64,000 bases of DNA, from contig CAVXLD010000001.1 of assembly GCA_963762565.1 (NCBI GenBank), positions 896,001 to 960,000 on the forward strand, written 5' to 3'. Both the position numbers and the translations under genes were made by a program. This DNA comes from an uncultured Verrucomicrobiae bacterium (GTDB lineage Bacteria > Verrucomicrobiota > Verrucomicrobiia > Chthoniobacterales > JAFAMB01). Every line of letters begins with the position of its first letter. The stretch's first letter is position 1. The notes beneath the pieces are model-generated. The model was not told the DNA's origin. It ran no database searches and saw only the letters and a list, made by a program, of their open reading frames with translations. Positions 53,375 to 63,463 of this stretch are shown here, piece after piece.

Positions 53375-54223
53375 TTATTGCACTGCGAGTTGAGCGGTGG
53401 TGATTTCTAGCAACTCTGTCGTAATACTGGCTTGCCGGACCTTGTTATATTCCAAGGTAAGGTCTTTCACTAACTGCTTCGCGTTATCTGTCGCATTCTT
53501 CATCGCAACCATGCGGGCGCTGTGTTCAGAGGCTCGAGCCTCGAGCGCCATCTGGTAGATCTCGTAACCAAGATAATGAGGCAGAATCGCAGCTAAAACC
53601 GCATTCTCGTTCGGTTCAAAAACGAATTCACCGCCCTGCGGTTTTTGCTCAAGGGCGATTTCAGCCGGCGTGATCGGCAGTAGCCGATGAAAAGTCGGCT
53701 GCTGATTCAAAGTATTAACAAACTTCGGGTAAAGGATCCGCACCTGATCAACGTCACGGCTCAAGAACTTCTCCGCGCAAAAGGTGGCTACCGGCCGGAC
53801 CTCCCGGAACCGCGGAATTTCACTGGCGGGAAAGTCTGCCAACAAGTCTCTCCGAGTTCGGGATAAAAACTGGACTCCTTTTTTCCCCACGGTGACAAAG
53901 CCAGCGTTGACTGAATCAACCGTCGACAACTCCCGGAATAAATTCGTGTTTAAAGGCCCGCAAAGTCCTTTGTCGGTACTGATCACGACGATCAACTCGC
54001 GGTGCACCGGGCGTTCCTCTAATAAAGGATTCTCCCGAGGATCAACCTTGCCATGAAGAGCGCCCAGTACTCGGTCCAGCGCTTCCTGATAGGGCCGTCC
54101 GGCCAGCGCGGTGGCCTGCGCCTTTCGCATCTTGGAGGCGGCCACCATTTGCATCGCTTTGGTGATCTGGGCAGTATTTTTGACTGACCGGATCCTGCGC
54201 CGAATGTCCAGCGTGTTAGCCAT
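53375..54223 (-). CDS. atpG: ATP synthase gamma subunit
   Basis: ITKAMQMVAASK, SEHSARMVAM, RQASIT.E. Confidence 0.97.
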   Translation of the reverse strand: MANTLDIRRRIRSVKNTAQITKAMQMVAASKMRKAQATALAGRPYQEALDRVLGALHGKVDPRENPLLEERPVHRELIVVISTDKGLCGPLNTNLFRELSTVDSVNAGFVTVGKKGVQFLSRTRRDLLADFPASEIPRFREVRPVATFCAEKFLSRDVDQVRILYPKFVNTLNQQPTFHRLLPITPAEIALEQKPQGGEFVFEPNENAVLAAILPHYLGYEIYQMALEARASEHSARMVAMKNATDNAKQLVKDLTLEYNKVRQASITTELLEITTAQLAVQ

Positions 54224-54270
54224 TTGCTATAGAGATTTCGCTCTTATGAAGCTGGAAATGATCTGAACCA

Positions 54271-55806
54271 TTACGGCTTGTAGAAGGATTTGAAATCCTT
54301 CATCGCGGCTTGGAGTTGTTGGTCGAGCTCTTTGTCGATTGCTAACTTCTCTATCACCACCTTGAGCACATCCTCTTTCCGCGTCCGGAAATAATCCGCC
54401 ATCTTTTCCTGGCAATCCTTCACCTTGTCCACTGGGACATCGTCAAAGTATCCCTTCTGCATGGCAAATAACAGGACCACTTCCATTTCGACCGGAAACG
54501 GGGTGTATTGAACCTGCTTAAATAGCTCAACAACTCGCTGACCGCGGTCTAGCTTCTTCCTCGTGCCCGGATCAACATCGGAACCGAATTGAGCAAAGGC
54601 TTGCAGATCGCGAAACTGGGCTAAATCCAGCTTGATCGACCCCGCCACTTGCTTGACGGCCTTAATTTGCGCGGCCGAACCAACTCTGCTAACCGAAATT
54701 CCGACCGAGATAGCCGGACGTACTCCTTGGTAGAATAGGTCCGTTTCTAGATAAATCTGCCCGTCGGTAATAGAGATAACATTGGTGGGAATATAAGCAG
54801 ACACGTCGCCCGCCTGGGTTTCGACGACCGGCAGGGCGGTCAAAGAGCCACCTCCCTCCTTTTCACTGAGCCGGGCAGCGCGTTCCAACAACCGGGAGTG
54901 AAGATAGAACACATCCCCGGGATAAGCCTCCCTTCCCGAAGGCCGCTTCAGGACGAGTGAAACTTGCCGGTAAGCTGCGGCGTGCTTCGAGAGATCATCA
55001 TAGACGATGAGGGCATCCATGCCATTGTCCATAAACCATTCGCCAATAGCGGCTCCGGCGTACGGAGCAATGTACTGATTCGTAGCGCTTTCTCCCGCGG
55101 GTGCTGAGACTACAACCGTGTACGGCATCGCTCCCGCCTTATCCAGAATATCGATCGTCCTAGCAACACTCATGTTCTTTTGGCCGATGGCGACGTAAAT
55201 GCAGTAAAGCGGCTTATGGTTTTTGAGACGACCTTCTTCGGCAGCGCGATTGAGCTTTGCTTGGCTGATAATGGTGTCCACTGCTACGGTTGTTTTGCCG
55301 GTAGCACGATCACCGATAATCAGTTCGCGCTGGCCTCGGCCGATCGGGATCATCGCGTCGATCGCCAGAATTCCGGTCTGCACTGGGACGCTCACGCTGC
55401 GCCTTTTGATGATGCCGGGCGCTATCTTTTCGACCGGATAACTAATATCCGATTTGATCGGGCCTTTGCCGTCGATCGGTTGGCCTAGAGCGTTGACCAC
55501 TCGACCGAGCAAGCCCTTGCCCACGGGAACCGATAACAATCGCCCAGTGGTCCGTACCTCTGAGCCTTCCTTAATCTCTTCGGAATCACCCAGCAGAATC
55601 GCACCGACTTCGTCCTCCTCGAGGTTTAAAGCTAGACCATACAGGCCGCCCGGAAACTCGAGCATCTCGTTCAGCATCACATCGCTCAACCCCTCGAGTT
55701 TCGCGACTCCATCACCCACCTCCCGAACGGTCCCAACGTTAGACCTTGTGGTGTCCGCCTTCAGTCCGGCGATCGTGGTTTCTAGCTCTTCAAGGATGGT
55801 GCTCAT
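54271..55806 (-). CDS. atpA: ATP synthase alpha subunit
   Basis: [34 protein letters not shown]. Confidence 0.98.
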   Translation of the reverse strand: MSTILEELETTIAGLKADTTRSNVGTVREVGDGVAKLEGLSDVMLNEMLEFPGGLYGLALNLEEDEVGAILLGDSEEIKEGSEVRTTGRLLSVPVGKGLLGRVVNALGQPIDGKGPIKSDISYPVEKIAPGIIKRRSVSVPVQTGILAIDAMIPIGRGQRELIIGDRATGKTTVAVDTIISQAKLNRAAEEGRLKNHKPLYCIYVAIGQKNMSVARTIDILDKAGAMPYTVVVSAPAGESATNQYIAPYAGAAIGEWFMDNGMDALIVYDDLSKHAAAYRQVSLVLKRPSGREAYPGDVFYLHSRLLERAARLSEKEGGGSLTALPVVETQAGDVSAYIPTNVISITDGQIYLETDLFYQGVRPAISVGISVSRVGSAAQIKAVKQVAGSIKLDLAQFRDLQAFAQFGSDVDPGTRKKLDRGQRVVELFKQVQYTPFPVEMEVVLLFAMQKGYFDDVPVDKVKDCQEKMADYFRTRKEDVLKVVIEKLAIDKELDQQLQAAMKDFKSFYKP

Positions 55807-55815
55807 CTTACCTGA

Positions 55816-56208
55816 TTAAATCTGTTCCTGCAGGGTACGGAGGCGACTGCGGACTGACCCGTCCCAGACATCGTCTCCTAATTTGACACGTAAGCCGCCC
55901 AGCAAGGTTGAGTTGGTCTTAAATTCGATCGTCAGATCATCACCATACCGAGCTTTCAACTTGGTCACTAACAGGTTGCTTAAGTTCGAGTTTAAAGCGG
56001 TCGCGCTTTCTACTACAGCATGATGCTTCGCTACCTCCAGCCGCAGGAGCCGTTGGTAGTCCTTCAGTACCTCCCCGAAATGCCGGGGCTTTTCAGTTAA
56101 GACAGTTTGCACCACTTGATTAACCTTGTGTTCATCCAATTTCCCGTCTGTGAAACTAAGCTTGAGCAGCTGCCGGGACGTTTCCCGGGCTTCTTTCGTC
56201 GTTCTCAT
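55816..56208 (-). CDS. atpH: ATP synthase delta subunit (short)
   Basis: V.SA..L, LLGG...GD.V.DGSV; operon position. Confidence 0.9.
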   Translation of the reverse strand: MRTTKEARETSRQLLKLSFTDGKLDEHKVNQVVQTVLTEKPRHFGEVLKDYQRLLRLEVAKHHAVVESATALNSNLSNLLVTKLKARYGDDLTIEFKTNSTLLGGLRVKLGDDVWDGSVRSRLRTLQEQI

Positions 56209-56213
56209 GGCAA

Positions 56214-56723
56214 TTAGGCCGCGATTTGCCGGGCCGATTCTTCGTTGATTTTCTGATGATCCTGCGGGGTTAAAATTTTCTGGGTTACTTTCTCCGTGGT
56301 CTCGGCTACCAGACGGCCAACCTCCTTTTTCAATTCGGCCAAGTTCCGTTCGCGCTCCAGGCTGAGAGATTCATGAGTCCTCCGAATGATCTCTTGGGCT
56401 TCAGCAAGGGCAGCCTGCCGTTTCTCGTCAGCGAGTTTCTCGCCACTGGCCTTCACTTCTTCAATCAAGCGCTGAGCCTCCGCATTTGCCCGAGCCAGCG
56501 TCTCCTCGTACTTCGCTTGGGCCTCGGCCAGCTGTTGTTTGATCCTTTCTGCGTTGATCTGGCCTTCCTCGATTCGCCGTCGCCTTTCTTCGAGCATCGC
56601 CATGATCGGCTTGAAGGCGAACTTGCTCAAAACCCAATAAACAATGAAGAAAAGAACGATCTGGGCGATCAGGTTGGGCCAATAGACTCCAAACTGTTCG
56701 GCGACGTTGCTGGCGGCGTCCAT
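56214..56723 (-). CDS. atpF: ATP synthase b subunit
   Basis: N-terminal TM, F.PI..LEER, coiled coil; operon position. Confidence 0.92.
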   Translation of the reverse strand: MDAASNVAEQFGVYWPNLIAQIVLFFIVYWVLSKFAFKPIMAMLEERRRRIEEGQINAERIKQQLAEAQAKYEETLARANAEAQRLIEEVKASGEKLADEKRQAALAEAQEIIRRTHESLSLERERNLAELKKEVGRLVAETTEKVTQKILTPQDHQKINEESARQIAA

Positions 56724-56818
56724 AGATCAAAGAGCGGGTATTGGGGGGGCTGTGGGGAAGTTTCGCCGCCGCTTCGCAATGGCGCGACGGATTTTCCCCA
56801 CAGCAGTACAGTTATTAT

Positions 56819-57076
56819 TTATTTAACGAAAGCAACGACCAAACCGTAAATGGCGATGGCTTCCGCCAATGCCATACCGATGATCGCCATGGTCAAAATG
56901 TTGCCAAATGCGCCCGGGTTGCGCCCTACGGCTTCCGCCGCCTTTGCTCCAACCAAACCGACGCCGATACCTGCTCCGCCGCCGGCGAAAGCAAGGGGCA
57001 AGGTCGCGGCAATGTTCCCGCCTTGTGCTGCGTCCGCTAGCATCGGCGCTAGCATCGGGAGTAGTTCTAATGTCAT
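56819..57076 (-). CDS. atpE: ATP synthase c subunit
   Basis: GxGxGxG, RNP loop, LAEAIAIY. Confidence 0.95.
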   Translation of the reverse strand: MTLELLPMLAPMLADAAQGGNIAATLPLAFAGGGAGIGVGLVGAKAAEAVGRNPGAFGNILTMAIIGMALAEAIAIYGLVVAFVK

Positions 57077-57164
57077 AATCTTTGTCTTCTCTATCTCTTG
57101 GGGTTGTTTCTATCGGATGCTCTTACCGCCCACGCTCTTGGATGGTCCCGGTAAGAAATTCATT

Positions 57165-58022
57165 TCAGTGGCCTGAACCTCCTCCCGGTTCGGCATGGCC
57201 AGTCGAGAGCCGGATGTAAACTCCGCACAGCGCCGAGAAGACCAAAGCCTGCAGAACCCCTACCAGCAGCTCGAGAAAAAAGAACGGCAACGGAAAAATC
57301 ACCGACGTTATCCAGTTCAGGGGGATCGGCAGCGCGGCGCCCAGGTTGGTCATCGTATGCAGAAGCGTCTCGCCCGCGAAAATATTACCAAAAAGCCGGA
57401 GCGATAGGGAGACCGGCCGCAAGAGGATTGAGAGGACTTCAATTACTCCGACGAACAAGAAAATCACCACTAAGAACGGCCCCAGGGCGCCTTTGACTTC
57501 GCCTTTGGGACCGAAGATCTCTTTGATCAAGCCAAGGATACCTACATCGCGGAGGGTCCAAAAGAGCCACAAGATCATAAACATGACCGCCATCCCCAGC
57601 GTCATGTTTAGGTCGGCGTCCGCCGGCCGCAACAGGGGCCGATCGATTTGGGTAAGGCTCCAGAGGCCGGGACCTGGCTTACCAAACCCAATGCTTCCTA
57701 CTCCTGGCACCAGACCGAACCAATTCGCCGCGCAAATAAAAATAAAAAGTGTCGCGACCACCGGGAACACTTTTGAGATCATGTGCCGGCCGACGATGTT
57801 CTCAAAAGTTGCGTAAAGCGTTTCGACGAGCGCTTCGATGAAGTTCTGTGCTCCGGCCGGCACTAGGGCCATTTTGCGGGTAGCGGCGCGCGCCCCGATC
57901 ACGATCAGGACAGTCACAATCACCGTGAAAATAAACGAGTTGGTGAACCAGCCCTGACTCGGCCAAAGAGAGTTTGGCTGCACCGTGATTTCACCGGCTG
58001 CGAGGATGATTGTGGCCTGCAT
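57165..58022 (-). CDS. atpB: ATP synthase a subunit
   Basis: SLSLRLFGNI.AGE, LQA.VF..L. Confidence 0.95.
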   Translation of the reverse strand: MQATIILAAGEITVQPNSLWPSQGWFTNSFIFTVIVTVLIVIGARAATRKMALVPAGAQNFIEALVETLYATFENIVGRHMISKVFPVVATLFIFICAANWFGLVPGVGSIGFGKPGPGLWSLTQIDRPLLRPADADLNMTLGMAVMFMILWLFWTLRDVGILGLIKEIFGPKGEVKGALGPFLVVIFLFVGVIEVLSILLRPVSLSLRLFGNIFAGETLLHTMTNLGAALPIPLNWITSVIFPLPFFFLELLVGVLQALVFSALCGVYIRLSTGHAEPGGGSGH

Positions 58023-58153
58023 AAATAAAGGGGTACTTCACCGGCCTGAAGACAATAGTCCTGCATCTTTAAACAGCAAAAGACAAAGAACGCCTAAAGG
58101 CCGAAGGGGTAGGCTCGGTAAAAAAGCAACACAGGGCCGTTATGGCAAGTAAT

Positions 58154-58171
58154 TTGTGAAACTTTTCACAA
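58154..58171. promoter_or_regulatory. Rex-type operator (also fits CRP TGTGA-N6-TCACA)
   Basis: TTGTGAA-ACTT-TTCACAA, 132 nt upstream of atpB. Confidence 0.7.
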
Positions 58172-58182
58172 GGAAAGAGCCG

Positions 58183-58333
58183 AGGTTCTAGGTTTTAAGT
58201 TTCAAGTTTTAGGTTTTAACTCTCGTCTAAGGATCGCGAGGACGCTGATAAGGACCGCGTGGACGCCGTGTGCCTTTCGCAGGCGAAACCTCTAACCTAA
58301 AACCTCCAACCTAAAACCTATAACTTGTAACCC
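58183..58333. repeat. Inverted heptamer element (AGGTTTT)n / (AAAACCT)n
   Basis: About five degenerate units on the left and six on the right; ends just before the glycosyltransferase start. Confidence 0.8.
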
Positions 58334-58335
58334 TC

Positions 58336-59520
58336 GTGCGCCGGCTCGCCTATCTGTTTGAAAGGTTCCCCGCGTTCACAAAGACCTTTTGTGCTCGCGA
58401 AGTGGCGGAACTCTATAGCCAAAACCTCCGGGTTCCGGTCTTTTCGATTCGCAGACCTAACGACGACCGACCGCTGAATATCCCGCTGGACGGCGTCGAT
58501 ATCCGCTATCTACCCGATTCTAATAGCCTGCGGTTCAAGGTGTTAACCCGCCTCGCCGCAAAACGGTTCTCTCACATCTGGAACCCGAAACAGGACCCCA
58601 GGGACAAACATCGTTTTTATGAGGCGCTTCATTTGGGTCCATTGCTCGAAAAGGAAGGAGTTACTGCGCTACACGCCCATTTTGCCGGTATGGCGGCGCG
58701 CACAGCTTGGTGGATAAAGCGGCTGTTCGGGATTCCGTACAGCTTCACAGGCCACGCTAACGACATTTTTGTCGAAAAGCCGGATCAACGGTTGCCGCTC
58801 GCACAGTTGATCCAAGACGCGGAGTTTGTAGCTACCGAGACCGAATTCAGCACCCAATACCTGCAATCGAAGTTCCCTGAATCTGGCGGCAAGGTTCATC
58901 GGGTTTATAACGGGATCAACCTGGACCCATTTCGGCCAGCTGATCCGGCCGCCGGCTCGCTCGAAATGATCGCGATCGGCCGCCTGATTCCCAAGAAAGG
59001 CTTCGAGATACTGATTCACGCATGTAACATGTTGGTTTCTAGAGGGTTAAATCTGCATTGCCGAATCGTGGGAGCGGGCCCCGAACATGTTCCATTACGC
59101 CAATTAATCGACCAGTTCCGGCTCGAGAAGTTCGTCGAGCTCGTTGGCCCGAAAGCTCAGCCGGAGATAGTCGAATTGCTGGCTCGAAGCAATCTTTTCG
59201 TGTTTCCAGCAGTCGAAGACGGCACCGGCGATCGAGACAATCTCCCAACCGTGATCATTGAGGCAATGGCGAGCGGTCTACCCGTAGTTGCAACCGGACT
59301 AGGCGGGATCGGCGAAATCGTGACCCACAAATCCAACGGTCTCATCGTCCCTGAGAAGGACCCCGACGCGCTAGCAGATGCGATCGCTTTCCTCGCTGAA
59401 CATGCCCAACTTAGACAGACCTACGGTCAAAACGGTTTGGCGGTTGTTAAGGAAAAGTTCACGGTGGAAACGACGGTCAGAGGACTGGTTGAGCTATTCC
59501 GGCAGTACTTCCGGGAATAG
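58336..59520 (+). CDS. GT4 glycosyltransferase (WcaL-like)
   Basis: HAHF, FTGHA.DI, GRL..KKG, D.LP..I.EAMA.G.PV. Confidence 0.9.
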   Translation: MRRLAYLFERFPAFTKTFCAREVAELYSQNLRVPVFSIRRPNDDRPLNIPLDGVDIRYLPDSNSLRFKVLTRLAAKRFSHIWNPKQDPRDKHRFYEALHLGPLLEKEGVTALHAHFAGMAARTAWWIKRLFGIPYSFTGHANDIFVEKPDQRLPLAQLIQDAEFVATETEFSTQYLQSKFPESGGKVHRVYNGINLDPFRPADPAAGSLEMIAIGRLIPKKGFEILIHACNMLVSRGLNLHCRIVGAGPEHVPLRQLIDQFRLEKFVELVGPKAQPEIVELLARSNLFVFPAVEDGTGDRDNLPTVIIEAMASGLPVVATGLGGIGEIVTHKSNGLIVPEKDPDALADAIAFLAEHAQLRQTYGQNGLAVVKEKFTVETTVRGLVELFRQYFRE

Positions 59521-59659
59521 CCAATAGCCAATAGAGCGCGCAGGGAGATCGGCAAGCGAGTGGACCGGAGTGGACGGCGTGGACAGAGTGGACGAACCAC
59601 CCCAGCACTCCAATACTTCCGCCACTCCAACACTCCGGTTGTTCTGGTTTGGCTATTCT
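59517..59659. repeat. Composite element: (AATAGCC)n arm, (AGTGGAC)n tract, ACTCC octamers and GGCTATT
   Basis: Begins within the glycosyltransferase stop codon; mosaic of units seen elsewhere in the window. Confidence 0.7.
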
Positions 59660-59689
59660 CCATCTCCCCGCTAGGTTCTGGTCCAAAGT

Positions 59690-60445
59690 ATGAATGCTCT
59701 GATCCTGGCCGCCGGATACGCCACCCGACTTTACCCGCTCACGCTAAATCGGGCGAAGCCACTGCTCCCGGTAGCGGGAAAGCCGATCATTCAATGGGTG
59801 GTTGAGCAACTTGAGCCGATCACCGATTTAGAAACCGTCTACATCGTGACTAACAACCGGTTTGAGCGTGATTTTGTAGAGTGGGCCAAAACTTATCGCG
59901 CCACCCGTCCGGTCCAGATCGAGGTGATCAACGACGGCTCTAACTCTGATGCGGATAAGCTCGGGGCGATCGGTGATATCTATTTTGCAGCCAACAAGGC
60001 CAATTTATTTTCCGCGGATCTATTGATCGTGGCTGGAGACAATCTGTTTAGCGAATCATTGGCTGGTTTTGCCGAGTTTGGACGTGAGCATCCGGCAACA
60101 TTGGGAGTTTATAACGTCCAAACGCTCGACCAGGCCCGCAAATACAACGAGCTAACCACCAATACCGCCGGCATCATTACCAAGTTCACCGAAAAACCGG
60201 AAAATCCGACGAGTACGATCTGCGGAATCGCGCTGTACTACTATCGGCCGGAAGTCCTCCGCAAACTGAACACCTATATCGCCGAGCGGAATAATCCGGA
60301 TCAACCAGGCCGATTTGTCCAGTGGCTGCACGAGCAAATCGATGTTTTTACCTATCCGATTGCAGGCACTTGGTACGATATTGGCAGCCACGAGACGCTC
60401 TCAGAGGCAAATGAGCTTTTCTCCAAGCCCGGCAAAGGATGCTAA
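59690..60445 (+). CDS. Sugar-phosphate nucleotidyltransferase
   Basis: ILAAGYATRLYPLT...KPLLP, GDN, EKP, W.DIG. Confidence 0.9.
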   Translation: MNALILAAGYATRLYPLTLNRAKPLLPVAGKPIIQWVVEQLEPITDLETVYIVTNNRFERDFVEWAKTYRATRPVQIEVINDGSNSDADKLGAIGDIYFAANKANLFSADLLIVAGDNLFSESLAGFAEFGREHPATLGVYNVQTLDQARKYNELTTNTAGIITKFTEKPENPTSTICGIALYYYRPEVLRKLNTYIAERNNPDQPGRFVQWLHEQIDVFTYPIAGTWYDIGSHETLSEANELFSKPGKGC

Positions 60446-60520
60446 AAACGGGTGATTCCCCTCGCTACGGAGAGGAATTTATGGTTGATTTGGCGACAGC
60501 CGTTTCTTTAATCCCATCCT

Positions 60521-60778
60521 ATGTCCAACGAAAGCAAAGCAAACAGCGCCTTCATGAAACCGGTTCAACCCGATGAAGCGCTGGCAAAAATCGTGGGGTC
60601 CTCTCCGCTTCCAAGAACTGAAGTTACCAAGAAAGTTTGGGAATATATCAAAAAGCACAAGCTGCAGAACAAGAAGCAGATCAAAGCTGACTCTGCGCTC
60701 GAAGCCGTTTTTAACGGTAAGAAAGAAGTCGACATGTTCGAGCTTACGCGTTTGGTTAACACCCACATTGTAAAGTAG
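60521..60778 (+). CDS. Stand-alone SWIB/MDM2 domain protein
   Basis: LA.IVG..P.PRTEVTKKVW.YIKKH.LQ, V.MFE.T. Confidence 0.9.
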   Translation: MSNESKANSAFMKPVQPDEALAKIVGSSPLPRTEVTKKVWEYIKKHKLQNKKQIKADSALEAVFNGKKEVDMFELTRLVNTHIVK

Positions 60779-60840
60779 TTACCCGGTAAAAACAGGCGAG
60801 GCGGGCCCGAGATCCGTCGGAGGCCAGTTATTGGTATCGT

Positions 60841-61560
60841 GTGTTGTCGTCAATTAAGGCCAAGTTACTCGTCGCGATAGGTACGATTATCGTCCTAGCG
60901 ACGGTAGCTTACTTTTTTCCTTTGGTGCCCGCGCTGGAGCATGTATCCGCGTGGCTTGGAGGACTGGGTCTAATCGGCGCTGCTTTATTTGCGGTCCTAA
61001 TTGCAGCTTCGAGCCTCTGTTTGTTGCCCGCCAGCCCGTTCATTATCGCCGCGTCAGCGGTTTTTGGCTTCTCCCTTGGTTTATTGACTTCTTCGGTTGG
61101 TATTATCTTGGGCGCATCCTCCGGATATTTCCTTTCCCGCCTTTTCCTTCGCAAGGACTTAGCGGATCAGTTAAAGGAGCGGCCAACCTTCAAAGCCATT
61201 GATCAAGCAATTGCCGAAGAAGGCTGGAAAATAGTCTTACTTCTCCGGTTATGCCCAATTCCGTTCGGCTTGGCCAATTATCTTTACGGCCTCACGGCTA
61301 TTCCATTCGTTCCCTATCTCCTTACCAGTTTCCTTGGGGCAGTGCCGGGAATGATCTTATTCTCGCACCTAGGCGCCGCCGGCAAGGCCGGCCTTCAAGC
61401 GCTAGCTGCGGGAAACCTAAACAAGGGTGGCGGTGAACTCGCGTTGCTCGGGCTGAGTTTAGCAGCAGCGATGGTGCTGGTCTTCCTTGTGCCGCGCCTG
61501 GCTCGCCGCGTACTCGAGAAGCGTACAAAGATCACGATCATTCCAGAAGCTAGGAGCTAG
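60841..61560 (+). CDS. TVP38/TMEM64 (VTT/DedA) membrane protein
   Basis: GWKIV.LLRL.P.PF...NY..G. Confidence 0.88.
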   Translation: MLSSIKAKLLVAIGTIIVLATVAYFFPLVPALEHVSAWLGGLGLIGAALFAVLIAASSLCLLPASPFIIAASAVFGFSLGLLTSSVGIILGASSGYFLSRLFLRKDLADQLKERPTFKAIDQAIAEEGWKIVLLLRLCPIPFGLANYLYGLTAIPFVPYLLTSFLGAVPGMILFSHLGAAGKAGLQALAAGNLNKGGGELALLGLSLAAAMVLVFLVPRLARRVLEKRTKITIIPEARS

Positions 61561-61716
61561 AATCTAGGAGTTAGGAGCGAGCGCCGGGCGCTTGACGTGA
61601 CATTATCCTCGTTTCGATAGGCATTTGAACGTCTTTTCGCCCACACGCTGGTGCGCCCTTTCGCCCATTCGATCTCACACGCCCTGCTAGCTCCTGGATT
61701 CTAGCTCCTAGCTCCT
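61542..61716. repeat. Inverted heptamer element (AGGAGCT)n / (AGCTCCT)n
   Basis: Same arm as 29871 and 35522; supplies the TVP38 stop codon and abuts the MBL gene stop. Confidence 0.85.
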
Positions 61717-63086
61717 CATATCTCGTACTCCCTGTCCGGTTCCGGAACGATCACTTGCGTAGCCGGCAATGCCGTAGCGATCGCCTCTTTAAACCAATCA
61801 AGCGATGGAGGATCACCATGAACCAGAATAACCGTCCTCGGCTTTGTCTTCACGATGTAGGCCATCAGAAGTTCCCGAGGAGCGTGTCCGCTGAAATCGA
61901 ACTCTTCTCGGGTACAGAGCACCGGCAATCGAGAACCGCCCTGCTCCAACTGCAGTAATTCGCCATCCCGCGCAGTCTTTAATTTCCCAGCTGGTGAATC
62001 CGGATCGGCATAACCAACGAAGAAAATCGATTGTTCGGGCCGGTCGACAAAACGACTAGCCATTTGATTCGACAACGTATGCTCGGTCATCATTCCACTA
62101 GAAAGGACGTACAGCCGATTGCGCTGGATCTGAGTGGTGGCTAAATCACGCCCGTTAAGAACAAAAGGAGATAATGTTTCTAGCAATTGGAGACCCTTCA
62201 GGGATAGTTGGGGATTGGCGGCCAGCTGATCGTAGACGACCGTTATCTTTGTGCTGAGGCCGCCAATATAAATTGGCGCTTCCAAGGCAGCGGTGGATCG
62301 GAACCGATGCAGCAGAGCGAGAATTTCTTGAGTCTTACCCAGCGCAAACACAGGGATCAGGACCGAGCCTCCCCGCGCGAACGCGTCAAGAATGCACTGT
62401 AGAAAACGCTCCTCCTCGCCCGCTCGTGAATAATTAGCCCTCAAAGCGCGGTCACCGCGGGTCGTCTCGATGATCAGTACGTCGAGTGGTTCGGTTGGGA
62501 ATTCCGCTCGCCTCTGCAATGTTTGGTCCAGAAAATTGACGTCGCCAGTGTAAAAGATTCTCTGCTCGCCATTTCGGAACAACACGCCAGTCGATCCAAG
62601 AATGTGGCCCGCGTAAAAGAGCTCAAAACTCGTTTCAGTTCCGTTAGACCCCAGCCTCTCGCCGTCGATGCTCCAACGCTGGCCGATCCCGACCTCATGC
62701 CACAGCTCTCTCGATTGATCGGCCTCGCGGTGTGTGAACAAGGGATAGCTACCCAAGTCCAATTCATCTCGCTGGCGGGACATCACATTGACCGAGTTAT
62801 GCAGCATGATCTCACTCAGCCTAGCTGTCGCCGGAGTCATAAAAACTTTCGCCTGCGGCTGACGCCGTGTCAGGACGGGAAGCGACCCAATGTGATCTTG
62901 ATGTGCATGGGTAATAAACACGGCATCCATTTCTCCGTCCGCGACCCGTCGATAATTTGGGAGTGCCTCTTCCCCAAACTTTTTCGGATGAAGACCCGCA
63001 TCTAAAATGATTTTTCGCCCGTTAAGCTCTAAGAAATAGGAGTTCGCGCCAATTTCGTTCTGACGCGCTAGATTTATAAACCGCAT
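61716..63086 (-). CDS. Beta-CASP metallo-beta-lactamase fold nuclease
   Basis: THAHQDH, AGHILG, YTGD, PVFALGK.QE, FSGHA, LVHG. Confidence 0.9.
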   Translation of the reverse strand: MRFINLARQNEIGANSYFLELNGRKIILDAGLHPKKFGEEALPNYRRVADGEMDAVFITHAHQDHIGSLPVLTRRQPQAKVFMTPATARLSEIMLHNSVNVMSRQRDELDLGSYPLFTHREADQSRELWHEVGIGQRWSIDGERLGSNGTETSFELFYAGHILGSTGVLFRNGEQRIFYTGDVNFLDQTLQRRAEFPTEPLDVLIIETTRGDRALRANYSRAGEEERFLQCILDAFARGGSVLIPVFALGKTQEILALLHRFRSTAALEAPIYIGGLSTKITVVYDQLAANPQLSLKGLQLLETLSPFVLNGRDLATTQIQRNRLYVLSSGMMTEHTLSNQMASRFVDRPEQSIFFVGYADPDSPAGKLKTARDGELLQLEQGGSRLPVLCTREEFDFSGHAPRELLMAYIVKTKPRTVILVHGDPPSLDWFKEAIATALPATQVIVPEPDREYEI

Positions 63087-63222
63087 AGAATCCTTTAAAT
63101 GCGCCGTGTTCGGTAGAGATGAGCCCCAACTCGTCTCGCTAGCCCCTCGATTTGTCTCCCCCTGCGACACTCGAACAAGCGGGAGTTCGTCTCTACCGAA
63201 CACGGCGCATTTAAAGGATTCT
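63087..63222. repeat. Perfect 33-bp inverted repeat with REP-like GGTAGAGA inner ends
   Basis: Arms at 63087-63119 and 63190-63222; the left arm abuts the MBL start codon. Confidence 0.9.
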
Positions 63223-63463
63223 TCCCGGTTTTCAAGGATTCTCTTTGAAACCTCTCAGAACTCGCCGCGTCAATCCACACATGGAGTTTCGCACGTGCCG
63301 GATTTCCTGGTCGACCCCGCAGCAAGACCAGACATAGTAAACGCGACGGCCACAAGTAAGCTCTAAACATTTCAAGATTCACTGATAGAGAGTGGTCCGA
63401 GAACAGCCTGCGGGCGAGTGGCGCGTTTGCCAGCTAAGGCTAGATGAGAGGTCCCATTCGAGT

